From the NCBI GenBank assembly GCA_963833985.1, contig CAWIAD010000002.1, positions 5,536,001 through 5,600,000 on the forward strand: DNA of 64,000 bases, written 5' to 3'. The translations under genes were made by a program, and so were the position numbers. Below the pieces are notes generated by a model. It did no database searches. It had not been told where the DNA came from and saw nothing but the letters and a program-made list of their open reading frames with translations. Source of the stretch: an uncultured Planctomycetaceae bacterium. GTDB taxonomy: Bacteria; Planctomycetota; Planctomycetia; Isosphaerales; Isosphaeraceae. Shown in pieces: positions 24,313 to 35,136 of this stretch. How positions within the stretch are numbered: position 1 is the first letter of the stretch; each line of letters starts with the position of its first letter.

Positions 24313-25884
24313 ATGCGCCATCGCGTGGTCTCGTTCACCACCGGTCAACTGGAAGGGCTGGAGCAACGGCTGGCGATGAGTGCGCTGGGAAGCCCGGCGC
24401 CCGCCATCCAGATGATTTCGGCAACGACGACCAATTCGAAGAGTGTCACGATCGACTACCAGATCAACCAGGTCCCTGCTCCGAACTTAACGAAGCCCAT
24501 CCAGTTTGGCATCTATCGTTCAAGCACCGGACAGTCCAGCGCGAGTGACTCCCTGGTTGGAACCGTGACCGTCGCCGCACCCGGGACATCGACACCCGGC
24601 GCAATCACGCTGGATCAGAACGGCCAGTCCGCGCTGGCTGTTGGAACCCACCAGGTGACACTCCCCCTGCCCCAGGGACTGCCTCCCTTTCCGGATAAGC
24701 CCTACGTGCTGGTCGTTGCCAACCCGGGGTCCGCAACCGCGGCCTCCTTCTCTGTCCAGTCGGCATCATTTCGCGTCTATACCATCGGCATTGTGACCCA
24801 CGGCGGCATCCAGAACACAAGCTGGAAGAACGGACCACCATGGCAGATGGATACGGCATACATGATGCGGCGGGAAGGTTATGACTCGGTGATCGCATAC
24901 AACTGGGTCGCGCAGAGCAGCACACCCGGCGCGGCAATCCAGCAGTCGCCCAGGCTGGCGCAGATGATCCTGAACGCCGCCAGCACCTTCCCGCCCAACG
25001 CACCGATTGACCTGCAATTCATCGGCCACAGCGAGGGAACCGTCGTCAACGCCTATGCCTTGATGGCGCTGCAAACCCGGATGACGCCACAGCTCCAGGC
25101 CGGCTACATTCAGGATATCCTGCTCGACCCTCACGCTGCGAATAACAATGTTCCCGGGCAGCAAATGAGCTTTGCGGGTGCACTCGGCGGGCTGGGAAAT
25201 ACCATCGTGAAGGGCTATCAGACCCAGGCCAAGGATCCCCCTGCCTACATTCCCTCCATCGTTGATTCGGCCAGCGTCTTCTTCCAGCACAGCCAGGCAA
25301 AGCCAGCCGCGATCTATAACCTCTGGGGGCAGGTACCCGTCAAGAGCGATGGTCCGGTGGTGCATTACTACAACCTCACCGCCATGGGCGCCACGCATTC
25401 GGGCAAGACGGGTGTGAATTACTGGTTCCGGGACTTCATCGCACCCACACTGGGCAACCAGGCACCGGTGATCCAGGAGCTTCAGCTCAACGGGCAGATT
25501 GATCAGGCCCAGGCACCGACAGCCAGCTCGGTGAGCCAGGACCCCCTGGTTCAGCAGGCAGACAACGCGTGGGCGAACCGGGTCTACGGCCCAGCGCAGG
25601 TGGTGCAAAGCCATCAGCCCATGTTCTCCGGCACGTCGGCGCCGGGATCGATCATCCGGCTGGCCATCAGCCCGGCAACGAAGCCGATGGAGGTCAAGCT
25701 CGCGGGCTTGACCACCGCTAGCAATACCGGGCAGTGGTCGCTGAGTACGTTCCACCCGCTCCAGAATGGCCAGTACCGCGTGCTTGTCACCGCGTTCTCA
25801 CGGTCGTTCACCACCCAGCCGGCCCTGAAGATGGTACCCACCCAGCCGCTGGGACGTATGGTGGTGGCTGCCCCGCCCGCATGA
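24313..25884 (+). CDS. Planctomycete extracellular protein with alpha/beta-hydrolase-like core and C-terminal Ig-like region
   Basis: LEGLEQRLAMS export-type motif; VTHGG, GHSEG (GxSxG), LLDPH; FSGTSAPGSIIRL...GQWS...NGQYRV Ig-like tail. Confidence 0.65.
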   Translation: MRHRVVSFTTGQLEGLEQRLAMSALGSPAPAIQMISATTTNSKSVTIDYQINQVPAPNLTKPIQFGIYRSSTGQSSASDSLVGTVTVAAPGTSTPGAITLDQNGQSALAVGTHQVTLPLPQGLPPFPDKPYVLVVANPGSATAASFSVQSASFRVYTIGIVTHGGIQNTSWKNGPPWQMDTAYMMRREGYDSVIAYNWVAQSSTPGAAIQQSPRLAQMILNAASTFPPNAPIDLQFIGHSEGTVVNAYALMALQTRMTPQLQAGYIQDILLDPHAANNNVPGQQMSFAGALGGLGNTIVKGYQTQAKDPPAYIPSIVDSASVFFQHSQAKPAAIYNLWGQVPVKSDGPVVHYYNLTAMGATHSGKTGVNYWFRDFIAPTLGNQAPVIQELQLNGQIDQAQAPTASSVSQDPLVQQADNAWANRVYGPAQVVQSHQPMFSGTSAPGSIIRLAISPATKPMEVKLAGLTTASNTGQWSLSTFHPLQNGQYRVLVTAFSRSFTTQPALKMVPTQPLGRMVVAAPPA

Positions 25885-25896
25885 TCGCACTCTGAC

Positions 25897-27338
25897 CTAC
25901 TCGAAGAGCTGGTGGATCGGCTGACCGCTGGCCAGGCTGTAAGGCCGGCCGGTAAGGTCGAATATTTCCTTGTGAGGATCAATTCCGAACCGCCAGAAGA
26001 GCGTTGCGGCCAGGTCGCCCGGCGTGACTGGGTCGGTCTCGGGACGGGCCCCGAACCTATCGCTGGAACCGAATACGGATCCTCCGCGAACGCCGCCGCC
26101 GGCCAACACAATGCTGTAGCAATGCGGCCAGTGGTCGCGCCCGGCTGTGCCGTTGATCCGCGGGGTCCGGCCGAACTCACCCATGGCGATGACCAGGGTT
26201 GAGTCGAGCAAGCCCCGCGCGGTCAGGTCGCCGATGAGAGCCGCGAGTGCCTGATCAGCCGGCGGCAGGAGCGCTGTTTTGAGCCGGTTGAAGACGTCGG
26301 CATGCGCATCCCAGTTGGCAAGCTGGCCGTTGTACTGGCCATCATGGACGGTGACGAACCGCACGCCCGCCTCGACCAGCCGGCGTGCCAGCACGAGTGA
26401 TTGCCCATGCTTCGTCCGGCCGTAACGGTCGCGCACCCTGGGATCCTCGGCGTCGAGGTGAAACGCTTTCCGGACCGCCTGGGAGCGGAGCAGCCGGAAT
26501 GCCTTCTCTGTATAGGCATCACGCCTATCCGGTGCTGGAGGAGACGAGCCCGCCCCACCGGGCCCACGGACCAACCCATCTTGCCGGCGAAACTGAGCTT
26601 CGAGAGTTTGAAGCAGCGCCTCGCGGTGATCGAGCCGTGCTCGTGTCACGTCGCCCGGCAATTCCAGCTCACCGAGGCGGAAGTCAACCGCGTTCGGGTC
26701 GGCATTCACCTGAAACGCATCGTTGTTGGAGCCGAGGAAGCCCGCGACTTGCCCGGGAAGTTGAACCACGTTGTACATCACGTGCGGCAGGGCCACGAAT
26801 GTAGGCAACTGTGCAACTTGTGGTAAGTTCGCGCTGAGGATGGATCCATAGCAGGGCGGATCGTTGCGATCATTACCCAGCAGCTCCTGGTCTCCCTTGA
26901 GCGGATCGCGCCCGCACAGGACGGAGAATGCCGCGGCGTTGTGATTGGTCATCGGGTGGTGCATTGACCGTACGATCGCAAGCCGGTCCATCACCTGTGC
27001 GGCATGGGGCATGTGCTCGCTGATTCGCAGGCCGGGCACCGCCGTGGCAATCGAGCCGAACTCTCCACGCAGCTCGCGCGGAGCGTGAGGTTTCATGTCC
27101 CAGGTGTCCAGATGGCTGGGACCGCCGTAGTAGAAGATAAGAATGCACGACCGGATGGGTCTGGCCGGAATCACGCGGTTTGTTGCCAGGGCGCCAGGCG
27201 CTGTTTCGCGGTCTTCGGCCCGTAGCAGCCCGGGCAGTGTAAGGCCGAATGCGCCAGACTGCCGATACGCAAAAGGGCGCGTCGGGTCGATGGAAGCGAA
27301 CCCGGGCCAGCATGATCCCTGATTGAGCCGGGATCCAT
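25897..27338 (-). CDS. DUF1501 protein, one frameshift near 27255
   Basis: TRRALLRIGSL then shifted GAFGLTLPGLL...SCILIFYYGGPSHLDTWDMKP, ARRLVEAG, WDAH, GEFGRTP, GRDHW; GAGGAG before ATG 27338. Confidence 0.88.
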
Positions 27339-27584
27339 GAGCGTCTCCTCGATGACCTCTCGCTTGACCAGAGCCGCCAGTATCCCCTTCACCGGCGCCT
27401 CGAGAGCCACGGTTGCAGGTTATGCCGTCTTGCGGGGAACATCAAGCAGTCCGGCTGCTTGTGTGGGCAACAATTGCGACGCATCGTTGACGGTCGACTC
27501 CTCTGGAACGAAGAATATCGGCGCCAGATTTGCACACAGCCTCACGGTTCAGTTCTCCGCTTGTCTCATCTTCCTGGTTCACGC

Positions 27585-28400
27585 ATGACGCATCATTTTT
27601 CCATCAATCCGCGTTCCATCCTGGGAGTGACCGTGAACGCCTCTCTGGAGGAGATTCAGCAGGCCTTCCGCGAGAAGTCGAAGAAACATCATCCGGACCT
27701 GGGAGGCGACGAATGGGCCTTTCGGCTGGTGGTACGGGCCTATGAGGTGCTCAAGGCGACGCGTGATATCGAGCCGCAGCCAGTGAGTGCCACTGCCACG
27801 GCGGCAGGTACCACGGGCTTCCACGCAGGCTCCTGGTCCAGCGAAGCCCATGAACCTTCGAGCGGTCCTTCCGGGTTTTCGAATGGCAGGCCTTCGGGCT
27901 CCAGTCCGCCGTTCGGAGATGGCAGTGCCACCGGGCCGCAGCCAACCACGGGCTATGGCGGTCCGTTTCAAGCAAGCAGCTCCATACCTACCGCGGCCGA
28001 GTTCCACACGCTCGACGCCGAGCTGGTATGGATTCGCTTCGAGCTGGCAGACCGTGCACCGGAACTCCATGAGGAGCCTGCCGCAACCACGCTGAGCGTC
28101 TGCCTGGTCATCACCTGGCCGCGCACGGCCCTGGTGCGGCACGCACCTGGGTTTCCCGATGCGGCCGAGAAGCTGCGACTGGTGATCGAGACCTTCGGAG
28201 AGCTGCGCGGCCAGGAACGTGCTCTCAGCTCCCGGTCGCGCATCGAGGACGGCCAGTTCGTGGGCTGGCTGAGCTACCCCAACGTTCTTCAGGCAGAAAC
28301 CGCGTTCCAGCACCTTCAGAAATCGCTCGAAGCCCACGCCATGCGCGTCACCCTGCACACGCGCGACGAGCCGCTGCCCATGGAGTGGATGGACCGCTGA
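27585..28400 (+). CDS. J-domain (DnaJ-like) protein with unknown C-terminal domain
   Basis: ILGV...ASLEEIQQAFREKSKKHHPDLGGDEWAFRLVVRAYEVL (HPD motif). Confidence 0.85.
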   Translation: MTHHFSINPRSILGVTVNASLEEIQQAFREKSKKHHPDLGGDEWAFRLVVRAYEVLKATRDIEPQPVSATATAAGTTGFHAGSWSSEAHEPSSGPSGFSNGRPSGSSPPFGDGSATGPQPTTGYGGPFQASSSIPTAAEFHTLDAELVWIRFELADRAPELHEEPAATTLSVCLVITWPRTALVRHAPGFPDAAEKLRLVIETFGELRGQERALSSRSRIEDGQFVGWLSYPNVLQAETAFQHLQKSLEAHAMRVTLHTRDEPLPMEWMDR

Positions 28401-28848
28401 CAGCCAATCTTGCGTGGTCGAGAACCATCGGCCCGTGCGCGCAGGCTGCAACAGCTCGATAGCTGTTCGATAGCCCGTTGAAGTGCGGGCTGCCCCGGAG
28501 GCGGAACTCGTCATGACCGGGGCATTCGCCGCATTGCCCCAGGGTGATCAGGCACAGTGGCCCCAGCCAGCGGGAGTCCCCGTCCGCGAGCTGGTTCGTA
28601 AAGTCGAGAAACTCGTGTTTTCGTCTGGCCGATGATCGCTATACTGACCCCCGACTCGCAACCCGTCACGTCCATCACGTCCAGAATCCGTTCGCTTCTC
28701 CCGCGGCGAATCTTCAGGTTGGCAGGGGTGGACCGCGTTGGCCCACAGCCCCGGCATTCCAGGCCATGAGATTGGCTCAACCTGGCTGAACGCCATCAGC
28801 TATTCGGGGCATCGTCGAGTTCCCCCATCTGGCACGCAGGACAAATCC

Positions 28849-29664
28849 ATGAAGAAACGTCATTCCCGGCCTGCGCCGGGCCGTTGCCTCGAAATGGAAA
28901 GCCTGGAAGCACGCATCGTCCTTTCGAGCATCCGGCTCGGCAGTGTGTACTCGGCAAGTAGCGGGCATTATGCCCTGCCCTCGATGCGGATCGCGCCCAC
29001 GCATACCTCGCTTGGCATCAGTGCCGGGACGCTGGCACAGCCGGTTACTTTCAGTGTGACCGTGCGTGCGCCGGCTGCGGCCGGATCGCCGGTGGGCACC
29101 GTGAACCTTTCTGTTCACGGTAACATCGTTCAAACGCTCACGCTCACACCGGCTACCTCCACCGACCACAGGTACGCGATCAGCCAGGCCACGCTCACCG
29201 TCACACCCCAGCCCGGCGGACCCTCAAACTTCTTCGGCAAGTACTCGGTCAAGGCCACGTTCGTTCCCGGCGACCTCTTCACCAGAAGCAGCGCCACCAG
29301 GAACTTCACCATCAGCCAGCCGCAGTACACTACCCTCTCGAACGGCGTCAGTATTGCCACGGTGGTGCCTGGCTCGGGCCCGAAGATCCAGAACGGCCAG
29401 ACCGCGGGCGTGCTCTACACCGGTTACCTTGCCAATGGGCAGGTCTTCGACAGCTCCTTGAGCCACGGCGGCACGCCGCTCACGTTCACCCTGGGCGCCG
29501 GCCAGCTCATTCCTGGCTTTGACACCGGCACGGCCGGCATGCAGGTGGGGGAGACGCGGATCATCATGATTCCGCCGTCCCAGGGCTACGGCTCGGTGGC
29601 CAACGGCACCATCCCGGCCAACTCCACGCTCATCTTCGTGGTGACGCTGGCGTCGATCTCCTGA
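28849..29664 (+). CDS. FKBP-type peptidyl-prolyl isomerase with export motif and Ig-like domain
   Basis: MESLEARIVLS; QPVTFSVTV...PVGTVNL Ig-like region; FKBP YTGYLANGQVFDSS, LGAGQLIPGF, IPPSQGYG, IPANSTLIFVV. Confidence 0.9.
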   Translation: MKKRHSRPAPGRCLEMESLEARIVLSSIRLGSVYSASSGHYALPSMRIAPTHTSLGISAGTLAQPVTFSVTVRAPAAAGSPVGTVNLSVHGNIVQTLTLTPATSTDHRYAISQATLTVTPQPGGPSNFFGKYSVKATFVPGDLFTRSSATRNFTISQPQYTTLSNGVSIATVVPGSGPKIQNGQTAGVLYTGYLANGQVFDSSLSHGGTPLTFTLGAGQLIPGFDTGTAGMQVGETRIIMIPPSQGYGSVANGTIPANSTLIFVVTLASIS

Positions 29665-30780
29665 TCACGAACCGGCGACGCCTTGGCTCCACGCTCTGCC
29701 GAGCGCATCGGCGGCGAGGATGGCGTCGGCGACCATCTCGGGCGTGACGTCGAACGGCTCGTTATGGATCGTCTCGCTGGGCGCGGTGGCGCGGCGAGCG
29801 ATCTGGGTCAGTAATTCGCGCGGTAGTTCGGCAAGGCCAATCTGGGCGAGACTGACGGGCAGGCCGACCTCCGAACAGAACGTAAGGACCTGAGCCATGG
29901 TTCCCCGCGGGGCGCCTTCAAGCACAAGCTGCACAAGAAGACCGAAGGCGACCTTCTCGCCGTGCAGGTAATGATGCGTTCCGGCCGCCACGGTCAGGCC
30001 GTTGTGCACGGCATGGGCGGCTGCCAGGCCCGAGGACTCGAAGCCCAGGCCGGAAAGCAGGGTGTTCGCCTCGATGAGCCGCTCCAGTGCAGGCGTGACC
30101 ACTTTGGATTCGACAGCCCGCAGCGCCGCGGTGCCGTCTCCGATGAGAGTCTTGTAGCAAAGCTCGGCCAGGACTTCCGCCGAGCGTGTCGATGCGCCAC
30201 CGCGCATGTTCTTGACGTGCCCCGCAACACAGGTCCTGGCCTCGAACCAGGTGGCCAGCGCATCGCCCATGCCGGCCACCAGCAGCCGGGGCGGCGCCTG
30301 GGCAATCACCGCGGTATCCACCAGCACAAGGTCCGGGTTCTTGCGGTAGAAGCGGTACTCCTGGAAGACCCCCTCCTGGCTGTATATCACCGAGAGCGCA
30401 CTGCATGGGGCATCGCTGGAGGCCACGGTCGGGCAGTTGACGACGGGGAGATCAAGGTCTGTCGCAACGGCGCGGGCCGTGTCGAGTACCTTGCCACCCC
30501 CTGCACCAACAATCGTCTGCGCCTCCAGGGCTCGTGCGGCCGCCTTCACCCGTTCGATCTCGGCCAGGGAGCATTCTCCACCAAACCGATGAACGGCGAA
30601 CGCCAGGCCGGACTCGCCCAGGCTCTGCTTCCAGACCGCGCTCAGTAGCCCGAGGGCGGACTTGCCGGCGAGGATGAGGACGGGACCTTCAAGGCCCAGC
30701 GCGGTCATCTCCTGCCCCAGGGCAGCCGTGGCGTCTCGCCCCTGGGTGTAGCGGCTCGGCGAGCTGAAGACGGCAAGCAT
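29665..30780 (-). CDS. gldA: Glycerol dehydrogenase
   Basis: SPSRYTQG, FGGECS, GAGGGKVLDTA, PTVASSDAPCSALSVIY, GDALATWFEA, GLAAAHAVHNGLT, LHGEKVAFG. Confidence 0.93.
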   Translation of the reverse strand: MLAVFSSPSRYTQGRDATAALGQEMTALGLEGPVLILAGKSALGLLSAVWKQSLGESGLAFAVHRFGGECSLAEIERVKAAARALEAQTIVGAGGGKVLDTARAVATDLDLPVVNCPTVASSDAPCSALSVIYSQEGVFQEYRFYRKNPDLVLVDTAVIAQAPPRLLVAGMGDALATWFEARTCVAGHVKNMRGGASTRSAEVLAELCYKTLIGDGTAALRAVESKVVTPALERLIEANTLLSGLGFESSGLAAAHAVHNGLTVAAGTHHYLHGEKVAFGLLVQLVLEGAPRGTMAQVLTFCSEVGLPVSLAQIGLAELPRELLTQIARRATAPSETIHNEPFDVTPEMVADAILAADALGRAWSQGVAGS

Positions 30781-31105
30781 GAGAGGGCTATCCCTCCTTT
30801 GCGACTGCTGGATCGACCAGACGGGCGTACACGACCTTGGAGAAGTCCAGCTTACGCCCGTGAGACTTTGCGGGGCAACCAGGATCTCAAGCGTGGTAAG
30901 GATTCGGGAGTAAAGGAAAGCACGGATATCTGGGACGGACTGGTTGAGCCGTGAAAATGAGTGGGACTTGGCGGTGGGGTTCTCTGAGGCCGGCTGCATG
31001 TCGGCTATAATCAGAACGTCGAGTTTTCGGGCTGGAGCGCAGAGATCGCGGCGCGGTTGGGGTCATCTGCTCGCACGGTCTGAGCATGCCAACGGGAATC
31101 ATGGG

Positions 31106-32467
31106 ATGAAACAGGGGTGGGTGGTACTGGGGGTGGTGGTCGCGGCGATTGCAGGCTGGTTCGCCTGGACGTACTACTGGCGCGTCGAGATGCCGATCCT
31201 CGTTGGCATCGTACACTCGCGGTCCGGGCCGCTGAAGATCAGCGAGGAATCGATGATCCAGGCCGAGCTACTGGCAATCGAGGAGATCAACAAGCAGGGC
31301 GGCCTGCTGGGACGTCAGATCAAGCCAGTTGTGGCCGACGGCCGCTCCGACCCGAAGGTGTTCGCGCAGGAAGCCCAGCGGCTGATCGAGACGGACAAGG
31401 TGTGCGTGATCTTTGGCGGCTGGAGCTCACCAAGCCGGCGGAGCATGAAAGCCGTGGTCGAGGCCAGTGACCACCTGCTCTTCTTTCCCTCCAACTACGA
31501 GGGAATGGATATCTCGCCGAACGTTGTGTGTACCGGCCCGATACCCAACCAGCAGGTGATCCCCGCCGTCAACTGGTGTTACGAGACGCTCAAGGCCCGA
31601 AAGTTCTTCCTGGCCAGCTCCGTGGACATCCAGGCGTATGCATCGAATGAGCTGATCAAGGATCAGCTCAAAGCCCTGGGTGCCCAGCTCGTGGGCGAAA
31701 AGTACATCTCGCTGGATGGAACAACCGGTGTCCCGGAGATGATCTCGGCCATCAAGGCGGCCGGCGCCGACGTGATCTTGAGCACGGTGATCGGCGATGG
31801 GAACAAGCCGTTCTACGAGCAGCTCGCCAGGAACGGCCTGAACCCGGAGCAGTTGCCAGTCCTCTCGTTCACCATTGGCGAGGACGAACTGAGCGGTCTG
31901 CCCGTGCAGCAGATGGTCGGTGATTACGCGGCATGGAGCTACTTCCAGGCGATCGACAACCCGGTCAACAAGGCGTTTGTGGAGCGATTCCGGGCGCGCT
32001 ACGGACCCGAACGGAGGACGAGCGACTCGATCGTCGCGGCGTATAATAGCGTCAAACTCTGGGCGCAGGCCGTCGAGGAATCGGGAACGGAGCAGACGAC
32101 GGAAGTGCGCCGGGCGATCCGCAGACAAAGCCTCCAGGCGCCTGAGGGGGTCGTATCGATCGACGCCGAGACGCTCCATGCCTGGCGGCCGTTTCACCTG
32201 GGCAGGATCCGCGGCGACGGCCAGTTCGACATTCTCTGGAGCCTGGAGAAGCCAGTGCGGCCGGTGCCTTACCCATTCATGAGGTCGCGTGCGGACTGGA
32301 ACACCTTTGTGGAACGGCTGCACGCCGCGTGGAATCGCGGTGACTTCAATCCTCTGACATTCCAGGGCACTTCGGGGCCTGGAACGAGACTGCCGGGACG
32401 TTCCAGCAACAATCGGCCCAGGGCGGCAGCCAGCGGCGTCCGCGGCGCGCGCTCCACACTGCGATAG
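31106..32467 (+). CDS. UrtA/AmiC-family (urea/amide-type) periplasmic binding protein with N-terminal anchor
   Basis: [69 protein letters not shown]. Confidence 0.85.
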   Translation: MKQGWVVLGVVVAAIAGWFAWTYYWRVEMPILVGIVHSRSGPLKISEESMIQAELLAIEEINKQGGLLGRQIKPVVADGRSDPKVFAQEAQRLIETDKVCVIFGGWSSPSRRSMKAVVEASDHLLFFPSNYEGMDISPNVVCTGPIPNQQVIPAVNWCYETLKARKFFLASSVDIQAYASNELIKDQLKALGAQLVGEKYISLDGTTGVPEMISAIKAAGADVILSTVIGDGNKPFYEQLARNGLNPEQLPVLSFTIGEDELSGLPVQQMVGDYAAWSYFQAIDNPVNKAFVERFRARYGPERRTSDSIVAAYNSVKLWAQAVEESGTEQTTEVRRAIRRQSLQAPEGVVSIDAETLHAWRPFHLGRIRGDGQFDILWSLEKPVRPVPYPFMRSRADWNTFVERLHAAWNRGDFNPLTFQGTSGPGTRLPGRSSNNRPRAAASGVRGARSTLR

Positions 32468-32478
32468 GCGAATCTTCC

Positions 32479-34536
32479 ATGGCCTCATTCCGATTTTCCC
32501 GCGATCGTGTTGGCATCACCGCCCGGCTGATGCTCTGGTTCCTGGCGATCTCGCTGGTCCCGTGCAGCCTGCTAACGCTGGTCAACAACAACATCTCGAT
32601 CAATTCCCTGGAGCGGTCGGTGCGCAACCAGCTCGGATCGGTCTCCGCCGCGAAGACCGTCGAGCTCGATAATTTTGTTCGGGAGCGGCGCGGCAACGTC
32701 ACCGTTCTGAGCCAGATGCCTCGGACCATCCAGACGACCGAGGAGCTCACAAAGGTGCAGGCACCGGGAGGGCCCACCGAGGCCATCCGGAAGCAGAAGG
32801 AGGTGGAGTTCTTCCCGACGGCACTGAACTTTCTGGAGACCTACGGTTACGCGAACCTCTACCTCTTCGCCGCGGATTCAAGGCTGCTGTACCGGTTCAA
32901 GGCAGATCTGGACGTGGGCGAGAAGCTGCTCTCCGGTCCACTCCGGGGAAGCGAGCTGGCCGAGGTATTCGAACGTTGCAAGATGTTGCTCCAGGCGGAA
33001 GTCTCGGACTATCAGCTCTACTCCGGACTGGCAGGCCCCGCCCTGTTCATTGCCCATCCGGTCTTGAAGGACGGGGCGGTCATTGGCGTTCTGGTGCTCC
33101 AGCTGGGCAACGAATCAATCTACCGTCTGATCGGCGGCACCGACGGGCTGGGAGAAACCGGGGAGACCACGGTCGGCGCCCTCAAAGGCGATCAGCTCAT
33201 CTTCGTGTCGCCCCTACGGTACATCAAGGACGCGCCGTTTCACGCCACGGTGCGCATGGGAGACAGACGCTCCCTGGCCATGCAGCGCGCCGTCAAGGGC
33301 GAACGCGGCTACGGCCAGACTTTGGATTACCGCCCTGAGCCCATCGTGTCGGTCTGGTCGTATGTGCCCGCATTCCGGTGGGGCTTGCAGGTCAAGGAAG
33401 ATCGGGACGAAGCCTATGCGATGATCGACCGGCAGCGTCTGGCCAGTAGGTTGCTGCTGGCCCTGACGGTGGCTTCCGTGACCTGGGTGGCCTGGTCGGT
33501 AGCCCGCTCTATCAGCAGGCCAATCCGCGAAGCGGCGCTGGTAGCGGACCGGGTCGCCGCGGGCGATCTCACAGCCACCTGCCACGGTCAAGCCCCGGGC
33601 GAGGCAGGCCTGCTGCTCCAGGCCATCCGCAAGATGACTACGGACCTGCGGTCACTGATCGGGCGGATTCACAAGTCGAGCGTCGCGCTCATGTCCACGG
33701 CCACCGAGATCTCGGCCACGTCCAAGCAGCAGGAACAGACGATCTACGACTACGGCACCTCCACCAACGAGGCCGCGGCCGCCGTCAACGAGATCTCCGC
33801 AACCAGTCAAGAGCTGCTGCGGACGATGAACGAGGTGAACCAGCTGGTGCGGCAGACCACGCAGATGGCCTCCACCGGGCAGGAGAGCCTCAGTGGGATG
33901 GACCGGACCATGCGGCAACTGGCCGAATCGACGGGGTCCATCAGCGCAAAGCTCTCGGTCATCAGCGAACGCGCCGCGAACATCAACCTGGTGGTCACCA
34001 CGATCACCAAGGTGGCCGACCAGACGAACCTGCTGTCGATCAACGCGGCCATCGAGGCGGAGAAGGCCGGCGAGTATGGGCTAGGGTTCCTGGTGGTCGC
34101 CCGTGAGATCCGCCGCCTGGCCGACCAGACGGCCGTGGCCACGCTGGATATCGAGCGCATGGTCAAGGAGATGCAGTACAGCGTCTCCGCCGGCGTGATG
34201 GAGATGGACAAGTTCAGCGAACAGGTCCGGCAGGTTGTCAGCGAGGTGCAGCTCATCGGCAGCCAGCTCGGCCAGATCATCAAGTCGGTGCAAGGCCTGG
34301 ACCAGCGATTCGACCAGGTGACCGAAGGCATGCGGGTGCAATCCCAGGGCGCCGATCAGATCCGCGAGGCAATGCTCAGGCTCACCGACGGAGCCAACCA
34401 GACGTCGGTGTCGCTCCGCGAGTTCAACAAGGCCACGGACCATCTCCGCGAAGCTGTGGGCGGGCTGAAGGAAGAGGTTTCACGCTTCACAATCGGTCAA
34501 CTGGAAAGCAGTCCGCAGCCGGCGTCTCCAAGGTGA
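32479..34536 (+). CDS. wspA: Methyl-accepting chemotaxis protein (Cache-HAMP-MCP), WspA-like
   Basis: Two TM helices, periplasmic Cache-like domain, [55 protein letters not shown] (WspA-class tip). Confidence 0.9.
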   Translation: MASFRFSRDRVGITARLMLWFLAISLVPCSLLTLVNNNISINSLERSVRNQLGSVSAAKTVELDNFVRERRGNVTVLSQMPRTIQTTEELTKVQAPGGPTEAIRKQKEVEFFPTALNFLETYGYANLYLFAADSRLLYRFKADLDVGEKLLSGPLRGSELAEVFERCKMLLQAEVSDYQLYSGLAGPALFIAHPVLKDGAVIGVLVLQLGNESIYRLIGGTDGLGETGETTVGALKGDQLIFVSPLRYIKDAPFHATVRMGDRRSLAMQRAVKGERGYGQTLDYRPEPIVSVWSYVPAFRWGLQVKEDRDEAYAMIDRQRLASRLLLALTVASVTWVAWSVARSISRPIREAALVADRVAAGDLTATCHGQAPGEAGLLLQAIRKMTTDLRSLIGRIHKSSVALMSTATEISATSKQQEQTIYDYGTSTNEAAAAVNEISATSQELLRTMNEVNQLVRQTTQMASTGQESLSGMDRTMRQLAESTGSISAKLSVISERAANINLVVTTITKVADQTNLLSINAAIEAEKAGEYGLGFLVVAREIRRLADQTAVATLDIERMVKEMQYSVSAGVMEMDKFSEQVRQVVSEVQLIGSQLGQIIKSVQGLDQRFDQVTEGMRVQSQGADQIREAMLRLTDGANQTSVSLREFNKATDHLREAVGGLKEEVSRFTIGQLESSPQPASPR

Positions 34537-34563
34537 GCCTGCACAGGCCCCGACTGCGGAGCG

Positions 34564-35136
34564 ATGACTCTCATGTTACTGCTGACCCTCCAGGCCGCCG
34601 GTAGCCGGTACGCGATCGATGTGGCGCGCGTGGTCGAGGTCGTGCCCAGGATTAACCTGCGCCACTTGCCCCACGCTCCCATTTCGCTTTCCGGAGTCTT
34701 CGACTACCGCGGTACCGTCGTGCCGGTGGTTGATCTGGGCATTCTCCTGGGATCGGAGAGCTGCCGCGACCGGTTGAGTACGCGCATTGTCCTGGTGAAC
34801 AGCCATCCCTCCGGCGCCGAGCAGGCATCCACGGCTCTGCCCGCGGCCGGTAATGCCGCAGCCGCAGCCCCGCAGCGCCGCTGGCTCCTGGGGCTGGTTG
34901 CCGAGCAGGTCAGCGACGTCTCCTCGATCACGCCGGAGCAGGTCATCTCGGCGGCCATGCAGCTACCGGTCACGCCGTATCTGGGAGCAATTGTCGAGAT
35001 CGGCCAGGAGATGGTCCAGTTGATTCAGGTGGACCAGATCCTGGATGATACCCTGCGGCGATCTTTCTTTGGGCTGGAAGCAGCCAGCGCACAGGTCACG
35101 GAGCCAGGTGGAAGCACACCGGCGGGGACGATCTGA
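34564..35136 (+). CDS. wspB: CheW-like adaptor (WspB)
   Basis: RYAIDVARVVEVVP, GVFDYRGTVVPVVDL, LSTRIVLV, PYLG. Confidence 0.85.
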   Translation: MTLMLLLTLQAAGSRYAIDVARVVEVVPRINLRHLPHAPISLSGVFDYRGTVVPVVDLGILLGSESCRDRLSTRIVLVNSHPSGAEQASTALPAAGNAAAAAPQRRWLLGLVAEQVSDVSSITPEQVISAAMQLPVTPYLGAIVEIGQEMVQLIQVDQILDDTLRRSFFGLEAASAQVTEPGGSTPAGTI

